NCBI GenBank assembly: GCA_003990765.1
Contig: RBNJ01000161.1
Coordinates: 1-38,505, forward strand
DNA from: Jimgerdemannia flammicorona
Lineage: Eukaryota
Direction: 5' to 3'
DNA: 38,505 nucleotides
Shown here: piece after piece, positions 38,303-38,505 of the stretch
Numbering within the stretch: the stretch's first letter is position 1
Layout of the letters: each line of letters begins with the position of its first letter
Made by a program: the position numbers and the translations under genes
The notes under the pieces: generated by a model
What the model saw: only the letters and a program-made list of their open reading frames with translations
What the model was told of the DNA's origin: nothing
Databases searched by the model: none

Positions 38303-38332
<30 letters not shown>
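38038..38332 (+). mobile_element. 3' remnant of a polyA-tailed non-LTR element
   Basis: G-rich, CpG-poor segment ending in AATAAA (~38277) and a ~30-nt A-run from 38303. The 3' end differs from the main LINE motif; no TSD found. Confidence 0.5.
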
Positions 38333-38333
<1 letters not shown>

Positions 38334-38505
38334 TCTCCGAAAAGGCAAACATCATCCAATTTAGACAAATGTATGTCCAAATTTCTCATAGTGTCTTCAA
38401 ATTGATTATTGTCTTTATGTGCACAATGTGCAATGTAATATTTACAAAATATTATCCATTTATTCTAGAAATGACAATGCATGAATCAGTGGCTATTGAG
38501 GTGGA

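Overview
Eukaryotic (probably fungal) transposon graveyard with no host gene I can identify. Positions 1-~2340 have normal CpG content. From ~2340 to ~37025 CpG is almost absent and every coding remnant is riddled with C>T/G>A changes. The window resolves into nested elements, six of them bounded by target-site duplications (TSDs) visible in the sequence. It holds four degenerate Ty3/gypsy remnants and six copies of one L1/Tx1-like LINE group: three full length (~5.8 kb), two 5'-truncated and one 3'-truncated. It also holds a 1.2-kb polyA/TSD retroposon, a 381-bp MITE, a further polyA-tailed remnant and a 1-kb CpG-retaining GGGCAAGAY array with higher-order structure. The most interesting signals are the sharply bounded RIP-like hypermutation, a LINE family with LQD instead of LQE in the endonuclease and an ORF1 without a zinc knuckle, the apparent non-autonomous partner element, and the array. 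All motif calls come from manual translation and alignment; no database search was run.
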